A stretch of DNA of 64,000 nucleotides from Neovahlkampfia damariscottae (taxonomy: Eukaryota): positions 248,001-312,000 of the forward strand of contig JABLTG010000001.1 in assembly GCA_016618085.1 (NCBI GenBank). The letters are read 5' to 3'. Shown in pieces: positions 1 through 12,456 of the stretch. Both the position numbers and the translations under genes were made by a program. The notes under the pieces are model-generated. The model was not told where the DNA came from. It made no database searches and was given only the letters and a program-made list of their open reading frames with translations. Every line of letters starts with the position of its first letter. Position 1 is the stretch's first letter.

Positions 1-56
1 AACATTGCTGACAATTGATTGGTCAATTGATTCTAATTTTTAAAAACGAAACAGAA

Positions 57-3000
57 ATGAAACCACTGCTACTTTTAATTTTAATTTTCTTTCAATTTAC
101 TCTACAAAATAGATATATTTCAATTTCAGGAGGATTTGACCAAGGCGATTGTGCTGAAGAATTAAAACCTTGTAAAACAGTTTATTATACAACAAAACAA
201 GCGAAAAAAAATGAAACAATTTATTTTAAATCTAAAATTGGAAATGATAAATGGAATTGTACAGAAGATTTCAATATTATTATCACAAAAGACCTAACTT
301 TTGAACCATTTTCGTCGGAAGATATAACTTTTGAAATTCATTGTTTTTTTCAAAGAGAAACCAATATTTTCATCTTCTTGAACGATTCTATTGTAAATTT
401 TAATAGAATTCATTTTTTTGGTATTTTCGAAAAATTTGAATCTTTATTTTACATCAATACAAAAAAAGTTGAAATTAATTTGACAAAATTTTCAATAAAA
501 AAAATAAATACCAAATTAATAAAATATAATCATGATATTAAAAATGAAGCAATCAAAATTAGAATCAAAAACTCATCATTTAATCAAATACATAGTTTAA
601 TTTTATTAAACGAACTTTTAACGAATGAAATATTTATTTTGATCAAAGATACAAGTATTTATGATATATTAGATACACCTTTAACATTAAACATTCAAGG
701 ACAAGGAAATTTAATTATAGATAATTCATATTTTCAAAGATTAGGTAAAAAAAGAAAATGAGTTTTAAATTGTTATTAGTTGATCCAATTGTCTTAAAGA
801 ATGATGTTAGTTTTGATATAAATGTACAAATTATGAAATCAACATTTTTTCAAACAGTTGGATTATTTTTAGAACATTCAAATTTACAAATATCAGATTC
901 ATATTTTATTGAAAATCAAAATGAAAATGGAGGTGCTATTAATATTGAAAATTCATTTGTATCTATCAATTCAACATTATTTTTTAAAAATCATGCGAAT
1001 TCAAATGGTGGTGCAATTTTTTTAATATCAGAGAAATATGAATCAATAATTGATATTTATAATTCAACATTTAAACAAAATTATATACATAATGCTTTGG
1101 ATAAAGAATATGGTTCTGCAATTGCAATGTATTCTGATTTTAAATTTACAATGAAATATTCAAAATTTGAATCAAATTATGGAACAGGTAAATTATGGAG
1201 AGGAACAATATTTTTACAATCATTTGATCAAAATAAAGTTAATTTTGAAGGAAATGAATATATTTCAAATTTTGGATATTTTGGTGGTGCATTGTATTTA
1301 CATTTGAAAGCATCAAATGTTGTATTAAAAAAAGAAATATTTATTTCAAATGAAGTATTAATTGCAGGTGGTTCAATTTATTGTGATGATGTTCTACATT
1401 TAGAAATTATTGATTGTGAATTCATTAATTCAAATTCAAAAGATATTGCTGGTTCAATTTTATTGAATGGTGGATACTCTGAAATTATTTCATCTTCATT
1501 TACAAATGGTAAAAGTAATTTTGGTGGTGCAATTCAAGTTCAAGGTAGAGGAGAATTGTTAACAAAGAATTCAAGATTTCATAAAAATGTTGTTAAATAT
1601 AATGGTGGAGGAATTGTTTGTTCTTTAACATCAAAATGTTTATTTGAAAATTCTGAATTCAATTCAAATAAAGCATCAAAAGGAGGAGCTATTTATACAT
1701 ATTCTGGTAATTTAGAATTGATCAAAGGAAGTAAATTTATTAGGAATATAGCAACACTTGGAGGATCAATTTATTTTTCTGAAGGTGGAAAATTAGAAAT
1801 TTCAACTTGCAATTTTTTAGAAAATCGAGCAATTTTGGGTGGATGTATTTATTATAATACAAATTCAAAAAATCCACCAATTAGAGAATTATATATGGAA
1901 AGAACAACTTTTGAAAATAGTTTTGCATCTTCTGGAGGTGGAATTTTTTATTTTTCTGGTGAAAAGTTGAATCCAATTTATTATAAAAATGTGACAAAAA
2001 ACAGAGTGTATTATGTTAATTCAAATGCAGGATTTGGTCCAAATTTTGCAACCAATCCAAAATATGCAATTTCAAAGATGAATGATATCAAAGTTCATAA
2101 TGAACATTCAAATGTGAAAATAATTAAAATTCATCCAAATGAAAATTTGAATTTAAAATTTCAAATTTTTGATGAATTCAATCAAGAAATGAAATCACAT
2201 CCTTCTTTTAATTTAAAAATTAGAAGAAAAACTAAAAATTATGAAATATTTGGATCATCATCACGAATTATTGAAAATAGATTTGTTCAATTTTCAGATA
2301 ATTCATTAAAAGGTAAAATTGGAAACAACTTTACATTAGAATTATATTCTGGATCACATTCAAATATTGAGATATCTAAAATATTGATCGAATTGAAAAA
2401 ATGTCCAATGAGATATAAAATGATGAATGATACAAATGGATTTATTGAATGTAAATTATGTCCATCAAATTATTATTCATTAGGACCTGGATATTGTGAA
2501 AAATGTCCAAGTTATGTATTTTGTGAAGAAGATCAAATCATAGCATATGAAGGTTATTGGTTATATCAAAAAGAAAATGAACCAATAGAAGTATTCTTCT
2601 GTGAGAATGGAAATTGTAATGATGGAAAATGTAATGCTAATAGAGATGAAACGAAACCTATATGTGGTGCATGTAAAGATAATTTTGAAGAATGGTCTGG
2701 AAATTGTGTTGAATCTACTGGTTCAATTTCAATTAGTTTCATTTATTGGTTAGCTTTGTCAATTATCCAAATATTTTTCATTTTAATTATATTTCATATC
2801 TTGAGTCAATCAAAAAGTTCAGGTTCAATTACCATATTTTTCTTCTTTCTTCAAACAATTTTATTGTTCATTGGTAGATCAACACCTATTTTTAGATTTT
2901 TAAGAGCATTTAATTTAGAAATTGAATCATCATGGGGATCACTTCATATATTTGAACAATCACCATTCAAAAGATCATCATATTTTAAATTATTATTTCC

Positions 3001-4027
3001 AATTTTTGAAATTTCCTCATATTTTTTAATTTATTTATTTATCATTCTGATTTTATATTTATTTCAATTTCTCAATGGATTATTTAAAAATTCAAGAAAT
3101 AGAGAATATATTGAATTGAATGAATCACATATCAATTCAGAAATATCAATGGAAAGAAAATCTATTATCCAATCAAAAGTTGTTCGTTCATTTTTTGAAA
3201 TATTTATTGATACTAAATCATATATAACAACCTTAATCAATTTAATTTTATTGACATATCAACCAATTTTAAATATATCAATGTCGTATTTTCATTGTAG
3301 AAAATTTGGAAATTCTATTCATTTAATTTCATCAACTGATATTATTTGTTTTGATCCAAAATATTTTGAATGGATACCAATTTATATGTTTTTATTAATA
3401 TACTCAATTCTATTTCCAATATTATTATTGATATTTCTGATCATTTTAAAAAACAAAAAGATGTTATACTCTGAAAAGATTATCAATCATTTTGGCAATT
3501 TGTATCTTCATTTTAAACCAAATTTTTATTTTTTTGAAGTTATTTTTTTGTTTAAAAGAATAATATTAAATTTAATTTTGTTCATTTTTACAATAACTTC
3601 AATACATGAGACTGTTAAATATTTTGTAACTTCAATTTCAATTTTGATATTTTTATTTTTTCAATTATTATTAAAACCATTTGAATTAAAAAGAGATAAT
3701 CATTTAAATGAAATATCTTTATTCTTTTTAAGTATAATTTTACTATTCCGAGGTTATTTAACTTTTGATTTAACTCAATTTTGGATTTGGATTTCAATAT
3801 TATTCTTAGGTTTATGTATCATTTTTATATTATTTTTTTCAATTTTAAATACAAATTCTTTCATTATTTATTTGAAACATTCAATTGTTAATTTATTTAA
3901 AAAAAAGAAATTTGATGAAAATGATATTGAAGAATTTGATATTGATTATGATATTGAATCTGATGATGATGATGATGTACTTTCAGATGTTCAACAATTT
4001 GGTGATGAAATATCAAGTGATGAATGA
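57..4027 (+). CDS. Secreted/membrane protein: signal peptide, Pmp-like GGAI beta-helix repeats, Cys-rich segment, multi-pass TM C-terminus
   Basis: ORFs 15..761 and 758..4027 are joined by a GT-AG intron at ~745-779; ATG at 57 (MKPLLLLILIFF). Repeated GGAI/GGSI and FxxN motifs, CxxC-rich stretch, ~7 hydrophobic helices, acidic tail. Confidence 0.8.
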
Positions 4028-4236
4028 TTCAAAAATTAATCCATTATTGGTCGCTGATAAGAAAATACTTTTTTGGTAAAAAGAACATAATTGGTCAATT
4101 ATATTTACACGTAGGAGAATTTTAAATGAAATTTTAATATTAATTATTGGTTTTAAAATAAATGGAACAATTCGGAAAATTTTATTTGTTAGTCGTTTTT
4201 TGATTGGTTTATAATTTAACAACTGATAACTTTAAC

Positions 4237-5526
4237 ATGAAAGAACTATACTGCTTACTCGGAATAATTCCTGCATATTTTTATGGATCTCAAATACATC
4301 CATATGGATTTCAAATATTTTCAGTACTCTTGTTGTTGCCTCTGTTGAATATTTTTTACTCAATGCTTTTTTCCGAACTTCGTTTCAAATTAGACGTTGA
4401 TGAAGAATTCTCAAAACATAAAAGGAGAACAGGTGATTGTCCACCACCGTTTCCAAATGGTTGGTTTAAAATTGCATACTCTTTTGAAGTCGAAACAAAC
4501 AAAGCGATATACGTTGAAGCTTTGGGTGAACACTTTGTTGTATTTCGTGGTGAAAATGGTAAAACAACTGTAATGGATGCATATTGTCCACATTTAGGAG
4601 CTAATTTAGCTTATGGTGGTGTGGTAAAAGACAATTGTATCAGTTGCCCATTTCATGCTTGGAAATTTGATCAAAACGGAAAATGTGTGGATATTCCATA
4701 CAACAAAGAAGGTTCCAAAATACCAGAGAACGCAAAAACTAAAGTTTGGAAAAGTATTGAAATCAATCAAATGATTATTGTTTGGTATCATGCAGAAGAT
4801 GAAGAACCAAAATGGGAACCTCATCACATCAAAGAAGTTGATGAAGGAAGATATATTAGACATGGATTTACAGAAGAATATATTCGATGTCATCCTCAGG
4901 TAAAGATATTTTTTGAAAGATTAATATTTTTAAAAGGATCTTCATGAAAATGGACCTGATTCAGCACATTTAAATGTAGTACATACGGATGCTGTGTTTT
5001 TACCTTCTATTCTCAAACATCACTGGTCTGCTACATGGGACAAAAAAAAAGAAGAACCTCACATTTCAAAAGTGCAAGTGAATGAATCTGCTTCACTATT
5101 CGGATTATTCACTATTCCATTTTCAAATATCACAGCACATATTAATCAAATTGGACCAGGTTTAGTACATTTTAATTTTACGTAAAAAAAAAAAATTTAA
5201 CACTATTTTTCAGAACACCAATTGGTAAAATTGAACTTTATCAAACAGTAACACCAATCAGACCTTTTTATACAAGAATGGATCACATAGTATTCGCTGA
5301 TTGGAAAATCCCAAGATTTGTTGCAAAGATTGTTATTTATAATATTGCTCATCAAGTTGAAAAAGACATGCTCATTTGGTCAAATAAAATTTATAGACCA
5401 AAACCATTATTATGTCAAGGAGATGGTAGAATTACAATATTTAGACAATGGTATAGCCAATTTTATACACCAAATAGTGTTAGTTATGAAGATTTAAAAA
5501 AGAAAGAATCACAATTTGAGTGGTAG
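4237..5526 (+). CDS. nvd: Rieske oxygenase, Neverland/DAF-36 (cholesterol 7-desaturase) family
   Basis: PPPFPNGWF, Rieske motifs CPHLG...CPFH; after the intron at ~4900-4936 the mononuclear-iron motif ENGPDSAHLNVVH; C-terminal DMLIWSNK...FRQWYSQFY; N-terminal TM; second intron at ~5182-5213. Confidence 0.85.
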
Positions 5527-5550
5527 GTAGAAGGTTGAAAAATAAAATCT

Positions 5551-7713
5551 TTAATACTTATTTTCATAATTTCTGTCCATAATTTTTTCTATTGCACTAA
5601 TATTATCTTCAGTTTCATTAATACCACAAAATAATTGTGTTAAAGAAGTATTTTTTTCAAGGTTCTTAAGTAAAATTTGAATAGATTTTTGTGATAATGG
5701 ACAACCTTCAAATGAGACACTAAAAAAAGAATAAAACAAATCAAAACAACTTACTCTTCTAAAACAGTATTTTTTTCAAAAACTTTAAGAATATCTTCAA
5801 CACAATCACCTTTAATTTGTGAATTATAAGATAAATCTAATTTGGTTAAATGAGTATTTGTTTCAATTGCATTAAATATTTTTGAAACATCTTCATCTGT
5901 TAATTTATTTTTTGGTAAAACAATTTCTTTAATTTTTGGATCATTTTGTTCTAATTTGCTAATATAAGCATCTAAAATTGGATTTTGTGCTTGAACTTTA
6001 ATCATTTGTTTCTTTTCTTCTATTAATTGACATTCTTTTTCAAGTTCTGAAATTTCTTTTTGTAAAGCTTCTTCTGTTTCTTTAAATGTAAAAGAGACCA
6101 TAATAAATGAACGAAACTTTGATTGTACTTCTGTAATTTCTTTTGAATAAGTTTCATCTAATTCTTCTTTTTCTTTTTTAAATGTTTCTAATTCAACTTT
6201 TAATTTTTCTTCTCCTTCTTTTTCTTTTTTAACTTGTTTTTTTAATAATTCTGACATGGTTTCAATTTGTCTAATTTGTTGTTGAATTTTTAATAATTCA
6301 ATATCTTTTTGTTGACTTGAATTTTGTTCTTCATTTTTTTTTTCATCTTCTGTTTCTTTATAATCACCTTTTAATTGTTTTTCTGCTAATTCAATCTTTT
6401 CTTCAATTTCTTTCATTTGTTTTTCTCTTTTTCTTTCTTCAGATTCATATTTCAAAATAGTTTCTTCTTGAACTTGTTTTGAATGTTTTAAATTTTCTTC
6501 AGCTAAATTCTTTGATTCTATAAAAAATATTGAGGTTCAATTCCCATCTTACCTTTCATTCTTTTTTCTAAATTTGAAATTTCTTGTTCAAATGTTTTAA
6601 TTTCGTTTTGAATATTTTCTTGTCTTAATTCTTTTGATTTAATTTCTTCTTCTTCTTTTTTAATTTTTAATTCTAAATCTTTAATTTCGTTGTTGACTTC
6701 AACTAATTCATGGAATATTTTTAAACCAACATTCTCTTCTTCTGTTTTTTCATCATCATCTTCTTCAATATCATCATCATCTTTTTGTTGTCTTTTTGAT
6801 CTTTCTTTTTTATTATCATCAATTTCAGAATCCAATGGTTGATAATTGGTTTTTCCAAGTGTCATTGTTGGTAAACTTCCTTTTGCATTTTTTAATTTTA
6901 AGGCATATTTTTGTAATTGAGATTCAAAATCTGATGTAATTCTATATAAACTTTCATTATTTTGAAATGTTTTATCTCCATGAGCAGGTTCAATGAATAA
7001 ATTATCAAGTAAGATTTTTCCAAATTTAATTGATAATTCTTTCGAAAAACTATAATATAATTGAATCCATTCAACTGCTTCATCACCAACAAAACAATCT
7101 TTAATTTTCTTAAAAGGTCCAATTTTACGATCTATTTTTATTGGTTTAAATTTTCATTTTATTTCTCACCTTTTATTGTAATACCATTTCCAAAAGAATC
7201 TGCGAATTTCATATTAAATTCTTCAATTCCTTCAACTGACATTCTATTAATTACATTTTTTTGTTCTTCAAATTTCTTTGTAATTTCTTCGTCTTTTTTT
7301 GGGTTGAATTTATAAAAGTGATAACCATCTGATGAAATTCAATTTTTTTTTTTTTTTACCAAGAAATTCCTTTTCAGGTTCAGATGAATGTTCAATGAAT
7401 CCTTTTTACAATTAATACTAAAATATATTTGTTATACCTAATTCTTGTAAGAGTTGTAAAAGTTGAATGGCATATTCACGTTTTAAAGAATTAAAACAAC
7501 TTAATTTTAATGTCCAATCTACAGCTTCACTTGCAATCATACATTTTTTGTAAGTGTGAAATTTATAAGTTCTGTCACGAACTTCAACTCCTTTTGATGA
7601 CTTAATTTCAGATACAATGTGAAGAAGCTATAGTTTTAGTTTATATATGCTTTTACTTGTGGGTTTGTCAGGTTATAAGGAAAAAGAGATTCAGAAACGT
7701 CTTCAAAGTCCAT
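5551..7713 (-). CDS. Tandem DEP domains + coiled coil + LRR (tropomodulin/RNI-like) protein
   Basis: Manual splicing from ATG 7713 gives DEP1 (GVEVRDRTYKFHTYKKCMIASEAVDW) and DEP2 (DRKIGPFKKIKDCFVGDEAVEW), reading into ORFs 6518..6865, 5751..6455 (NTHLTKLDLSYN) and 5551..5739 via short introns. Confidence 0.7.
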
Positions 7714-7889
7714 TTTTTCCTCCAAGTTTTGATGTGAGTTTATGATTGGCTGATTTGGGAGATTATTTTTATAATTGGGTTTAAATTCTAAAAATCATCT
7801 AAATATTTTTCAAAAAGTTGTTCAGTTGATTTCTGACATCATTTCTGTACAATTCTTTTAGCCAATAAAACACTTTCAAAAAAAAAGAG

Positions 7890-8030
7890 TTTATGCAGTA
7901 AAACAGGAGGTTATTCTTTTTGCATCCAAAGAATTAAAAAATGATAAAGAAATAGTTTGGAAGTAAAATGGTTCACTTCTACTTCTGTATGCATCTAGGA
8001 ATTAAAAGTATAATTATAGAAATTGAATGG
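7890..8030 (+). pseudogene. Degenerate DUF4116-like repeat relic
   Basis: Fragments translate as AVKQ...LFASKELKNDKEIV and LYAS..., interrupted by a stop/frameshift; no intact ORF. Confidence 0.5.
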
Positions 8031-8283
8031 ATAACATCCAAAAACTATTTCATTAATTCTTTATAGAAATTTCTGCGTAACATGATGTTTCACTTTAAAT
8101 GTTCAAGTGAAAAAAGAAAACAATATTGATGAAAATAATCCATCAAACAAAATGAAATGAATTTAGACAACATTAAATATTATCGTATATTTGTTAACAA
8201 CTAATAATTCAAAAAAAATAAAATCTCGGATGTTTTGTTTTCTTTAATGTCTAAATTATTATTTTTTTTTCCGAACCAATCAA

Positions 8284-9035
8284 ATGAATCAAGAGAATTT
8301 AATCCAACTGATCGTTGCTCCGATTTCTTTTGGAATGATATTCTTTTATCATGTTTTTATAATAATATTAGGAATAGTACGGCCTAGAACTATTCATATG
8401 GCACTAAATATTAAAACAAGAGTAAATTGGGCACTGGAAATGATGTTTTCAAAGGGTAGAGAAGCATTAGCTATTCAAACAACTAGAAATCATATTTATG
8501 GAACTTCTTTTTTGGCCACTTTGTGCTCTGCACTCGCATTTTTTATTACAACTCAAGGTACATTTGTTAATTTTAAAATATAGGTTTTGAAACTGATGCT
8601 ACTGATGTATCAACACTTGAATATAAAATTCAACTGTATTTTATTGCAGCAATTTTGTTTATTTCTTTTACTTTTTTTGCGAATTCAGTTCGACTAATGT
8701 TTCACGTTCAATTTTTAATACTGGCCAAAGATATGTCACATGTTAAGAAATGTATTGATGATTATTATAATAAGAAAGATATAGAAGAAAGAATTATTCC
8801 AGAAACTTTTATTGATTTACATTTGCCAAATATTGAAAAATTAGATAGATTAAAATTAAGTAATGTTGAAAAAGTAAAAAGACATATTAGTTTAGCTTCA
8901 ATTTATTATTCATTGGGTGTTAGAGGATTATTCATTGGAATTCCAATTGCTTCTTGGGCAATATTTGGTATTTGGCCTATGCTAGGAACTTCTATCGCTT
9001 TGTTAATTTTTTTTATTTTTTATGATTTTTTGTGA
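8284..9035 (+). CDS. DUF599 family membrane protein (copy 1)
   Basis: ALAIQTTRNHIYGTSFLAT and YSLGVRGLFIGIP..W motifs; intron at ~8558-8583. Confidence 0.8.
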
Positions 9036-9128
9036 TTGAATTAAATATTTCTTTTTCAAATTTTTCGGGTTAAATTTATCAATTTTAACATTTTTTTGTC
9101 CGATCCAATCATATTCCATTAAAAACAA

Positions 9129-9938
9129 ATGAATATTCAACAACTTGAAGACATTGGAATACCAATTGTCTCTTGTGTAATACCAATATTGTATCATATT
9201 TACTTTTTTGCAATATTTTTCACATTTCCAAAATGGACTAATTTTGGAAGACAGTTGGTAACTTTTAAAAAAAAATTGATTTTTATTTCTTTCAAGGTGA
9301 CAAGAAAAAAATGGTTAAACTTTGTCATGTTTACAAAAGGAGAAGAGATTATAGGAGGTAAGAATTAATGTAGTGTTCATCATTTTATAGTTCAAACTTT
9401 TAGAAATGCAATGATGGCTTCTTCATTTCTTGCCTCACTTAGTAGTGCTTTGGCTTTTTATTCCATCACTTTAGCCCAACAAAAAGATAATTATATGACA
9501 GCACTTCAAATGTATGGCTTAAGTGTCATGTTTTTTATTAGTTTTTTACTATTAGCATTTAATGTTAGATATATTCTACATACATCATATTTAGTTTCAG
9601 CAAGAGATATGTCACATGTTGATAGAGCAATTTCAAAATATTTTTTGTCTCCAGAAAGTCGGGAAAATAGAAAAGAAAAGAAAAAAGATGATACACTAGA
9701 AGAAGAAAAATCAGAGATTATTGAAGTTCCAGGATTTGGAGTATTGGATCCTTTAAGGATTGAAAATGTGAAAACAGCAGAAAGAAATATGGTTCTTGCT
9801 ACAATTTGTTATACATTGGGTGTAAGGTTTATATTCTTTAGTATTCCAATTGCTATTTGGTCGGGTTCTGGTGTTTTTGGAATGTTAATTGCTTCTTGTT
9901 TAGTTGTTGGTGTATTTATTTTTTATGATCATGTTTAA
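9129..9938 (+). CDS. DUF599 family membrane protein (copy 2, tandem paralog)
   Basis: QTFRNAMMASSFLAS and YTLGVRFIFFSIP..W; shares A(K/R)DMSHV with copy 1; two short introns. Confidence 0.8.
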
Positions 9939-10056
9939 ATTTTGATTAATTTGTGCTTCGTAACTTTTTAACTGGAAATATTTTTGAAATAAAATTTTGA
10001 ATCTCCAAGAAAAAAAAACGTATAGTTTTTTGTTGACCAATCAAGATTGAAATAAA

Positions 10057-10806
10057 ATGAGCAAACAAAAATTTTGGAGTGACACACCCTTCACATTAGG
10101 TCACAGAGGAATGGGAAAAGATCCAGTAGAATATCCAGAAAATACATTGGTATCATTTCAACAAGCTTTTGATATTGGTTTGACATTTATTGAGTGTGAT
10201 GTGAGAAAATCAAAAGATGGTGAACTTTTTGTGATACATGATGAGGATTTGGATAGAACTACAAATGTAAATGGTAAAATATTGAATTTTACATCAGAAG
10301 AATTAAAAAATATTGAAACCAAAGAAAAAAAAGAAAAAATACCAACAATGAAAGAATTATTGGAATTAATAAAAAAAAATGAAAATTGTCGTTTATTTAT
10401 TGAATTGAAGGAAAATGATTGTCATAAAGAATTAATAAATTTAATTCAATTGTTTGAAGTTGAAACACAAATTAATATTATTTCATTTCATTTTGACTAT
10501 TTGAAAGAAATTAGAAATTTGAATTCAACAATTGAAATTGGACTTCTATTGAAGAATCTACCAGATAATATTCATAAATTAACTGAAGAATTAGAAATCC
10601 AAAAAATCACAAATTTAGGAATAGGATGGTGGATACTGAATTCAGAAATTGTTGAAAAATTAAATTCAAAATTTAAAGTATGGTGTTGGAATCCTCCAAC
10701 CTCAAAGGATATTTTGAAAATGTTAGAATTAAAAGTAATAGGATTAGGATCAAATGATCCAAAGATGACAAAAGAAATTATTGAAGGAACAACTTTGAAA
10801 CAATGA
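10057..10806 (+). CDS. Glycerophosphodiester phosphodiesterase (GDPD, UgpQ-like)
   Basis: GHRG...PENTLVSF, ECDVRKSKDG..VIHD..LDRTT, IELK motifs; intronless. Confidence 0.9.
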   Translation: MSKQKFWSDTPFTLGHRGMGKDPVEYPENTLVSFQQAFDIGLTFIECDVRKSKDGELFVIHDEDLDRTTNVNGKILNFTSEELKNIETKEKKEKIPTMKELLELIKKNENCRLFIELKENDCHKELINLIQLFEVETQINIISFHFDYLKEIRNLNSTIEIGLLLKNLPDNIHKLTEELEIQKITNLGIGWWILNSEIVEKLNSKFKVWCWNPPTSKDILKMLELKVIGLGSNDPKMTKEIIEGTTLKQ

Positions 10807-10809
10807 CAA

Positions 10810-12357
10810 TCATTTTAATTCCTTTTCCTTTTCATATGACTCCAAGATATTGTCATCATCACTAAACATTTCTTTTAATCTTTTTTCTTTGAATTTTTCA
10901 TTCTTTTCATCAATTTTTAAATCATACAGTAGTTTTCCATAACCATCAACAAATTTTCCATCTACTTCTTTACACAACATATCTTTGTAGTCTTCAATCT
11001 TTGCATCTTCTGGATATCTTTTTACATATTCAAATAATGTCGATCTAAACTTTTTTGCTCTTTTTTTTCCGACAGTTTTAAAGATAGTTGAATCAGTTGT
11101 CCAACCACCAAAATCATTAATCATCACTTGAGAAAATAACACTTTCTGTTCTTCAATTTTTTGATATTTTGTAAAAACAAAGCTGAAGATTGGATAAACT
11201 TTCAGTTTTTTTTTTGGATGTTTTTTTTTTGGATGAATTTCTTCGACCCTAGATTTTGAATATTCAAAATCTTTGTAGATATAAGGTTTTATAACTGAAT
11301 AAATAGTTTCAGTTTCAGGATCATAAATCATTGAACGACTATGATGAAATATTCTAGGGTTGAAAGGTTTAGGTAAGGTTATATGACTAACATGTACTCC
11401 CAGTGTCCTTCCTTCATATTTTCCAATTTCATTATCCCATTTATTATCTTTGAACAGTTTTTTCAAATCTTCATAGGAATAATGTGCCAAAGAATCAGCG
11501 AATGTATAATTAGGGTCAGTTTCTCGAACAGTCTCAAATGATGAATATGTGATTAACAATTGTTGTAAAGAAACACCAGATAATATACATTCATATTTAA
11601 TCGCTTTTGAATCTTTTGAAACTGATATATGTGGTAAATAATTTAGACCAGCAAAAAATGTATTCATTCCACTCCTTTTATCAACTGATATTAATTCCCA
11701 ATGATAGTTATCTTTAAAAACTGAATTTGAAAATTCAAAATCTCTATCAAATATGAAAGGATGCCTAAAATAGTCATCATCATATGAAAAATGCTCTGTT
11801 AATTGAGGTGAACAAATGGTGGCATCATTTTGATATTTCCTAATTAATAATTCACATGCTTTGGATCTTAAAAATCTTTTCCATGGTTCATGATATAATT
11901 CTTGTTTAATTATTCTTTCTACATTGTGAAATAAATTTTGATAGACTTTTTTTTGGTCAAAATATTCTTCATTCAAAATAGAATCAAGATTCACTAGAAT
12001 TTCTTTCTTTGTATTTCCATGGATATTTATTTCATATTTTGCTTTCTCAATAATAAAATTTTCAACAATATATTTGCTTTTCACAAAGAATTTCTCTTTA
12101 TCTTCAATTTGTTTTAATTTTTTAAGTTCTTCTAAGAAAACCCATGGTTCTTCATTAATTTCTCCCTTTAAAAATTTTCTAAAATCATTTCCGATCTCTT
12201 TTTCTGAAAAGACAGCATTAAAGTGAAGAACAAAGTTTGACTGTCTAAATTCTTTCTTTGAACTATTATTTTTCTCTATTGATAGTCCTTCATTCTTCTT
12301 TGAGCTTTGTTTTGAAGTATGTTTTTTATTTTTTTCATCTTCCTTATCTTTGCTCAT
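10810..12357 (-). CDS. RGS domain protein with a C-terminal START-like region
   Basis: FRKFLKGEINEEPWVF...FIIEKAKYEINI...ELYHEPWKRF fits an RGS domain. The START-like call for the C-terminus is inference. Confidence 0.7.
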   Translation of the reverse strand: MSKDKEDEKNKKHTSKQSSKKNEGLSIEKNNSSKKEFRQSNFVLHFNAVFSEKEIGNDFRKFLKGEINEEPWVFLEELKKLKQIEDKEKFFVKSKYIVENFIIEKAKYEINIHGNTKKEILVNLDSILNEEYFDQKKVYQNLFHNVERIIKQELYHEPWKRFLRSKACELLIRKYQNDATICSPQLTEHFSYDDDYFRHPFIFDRDFEFSNSVFKDNYHWELISVDKRSGMNTFFAGLNYLPHISVSKDSKAIKYECILSGVSLQQLLITYSSFETVRETDPNYTFADSLAHYSYEDLKKLFKDNKWDNEIGKYEGRTLGVHVSHITLPKPFNPRIFHHSRSMIYDPETETIYSVIKPYIYKDFEYSKSRVEEIHPKKKHPKKKLKVYPIFSFVFTKYQKIEEQKVLFSQVMINDFGGWTTDSTIFKTVGKKRAKKFRSTLFEYVKRYPEDAKIEDYKDMLCKEVDGKFVDGYGKLLYDLKIDEKNEKFKEKRLKEMFSDDDNILESYEKEKELK

Positions 12358-12456
12358 TTGACAAAAGAAAAAATATAACGATCCAATCAAATCGTATCAC
12401 CAAATTTGGATAAAACGAAACTATTTTTATGAGATCAAATTTAAACGAAAATATTT

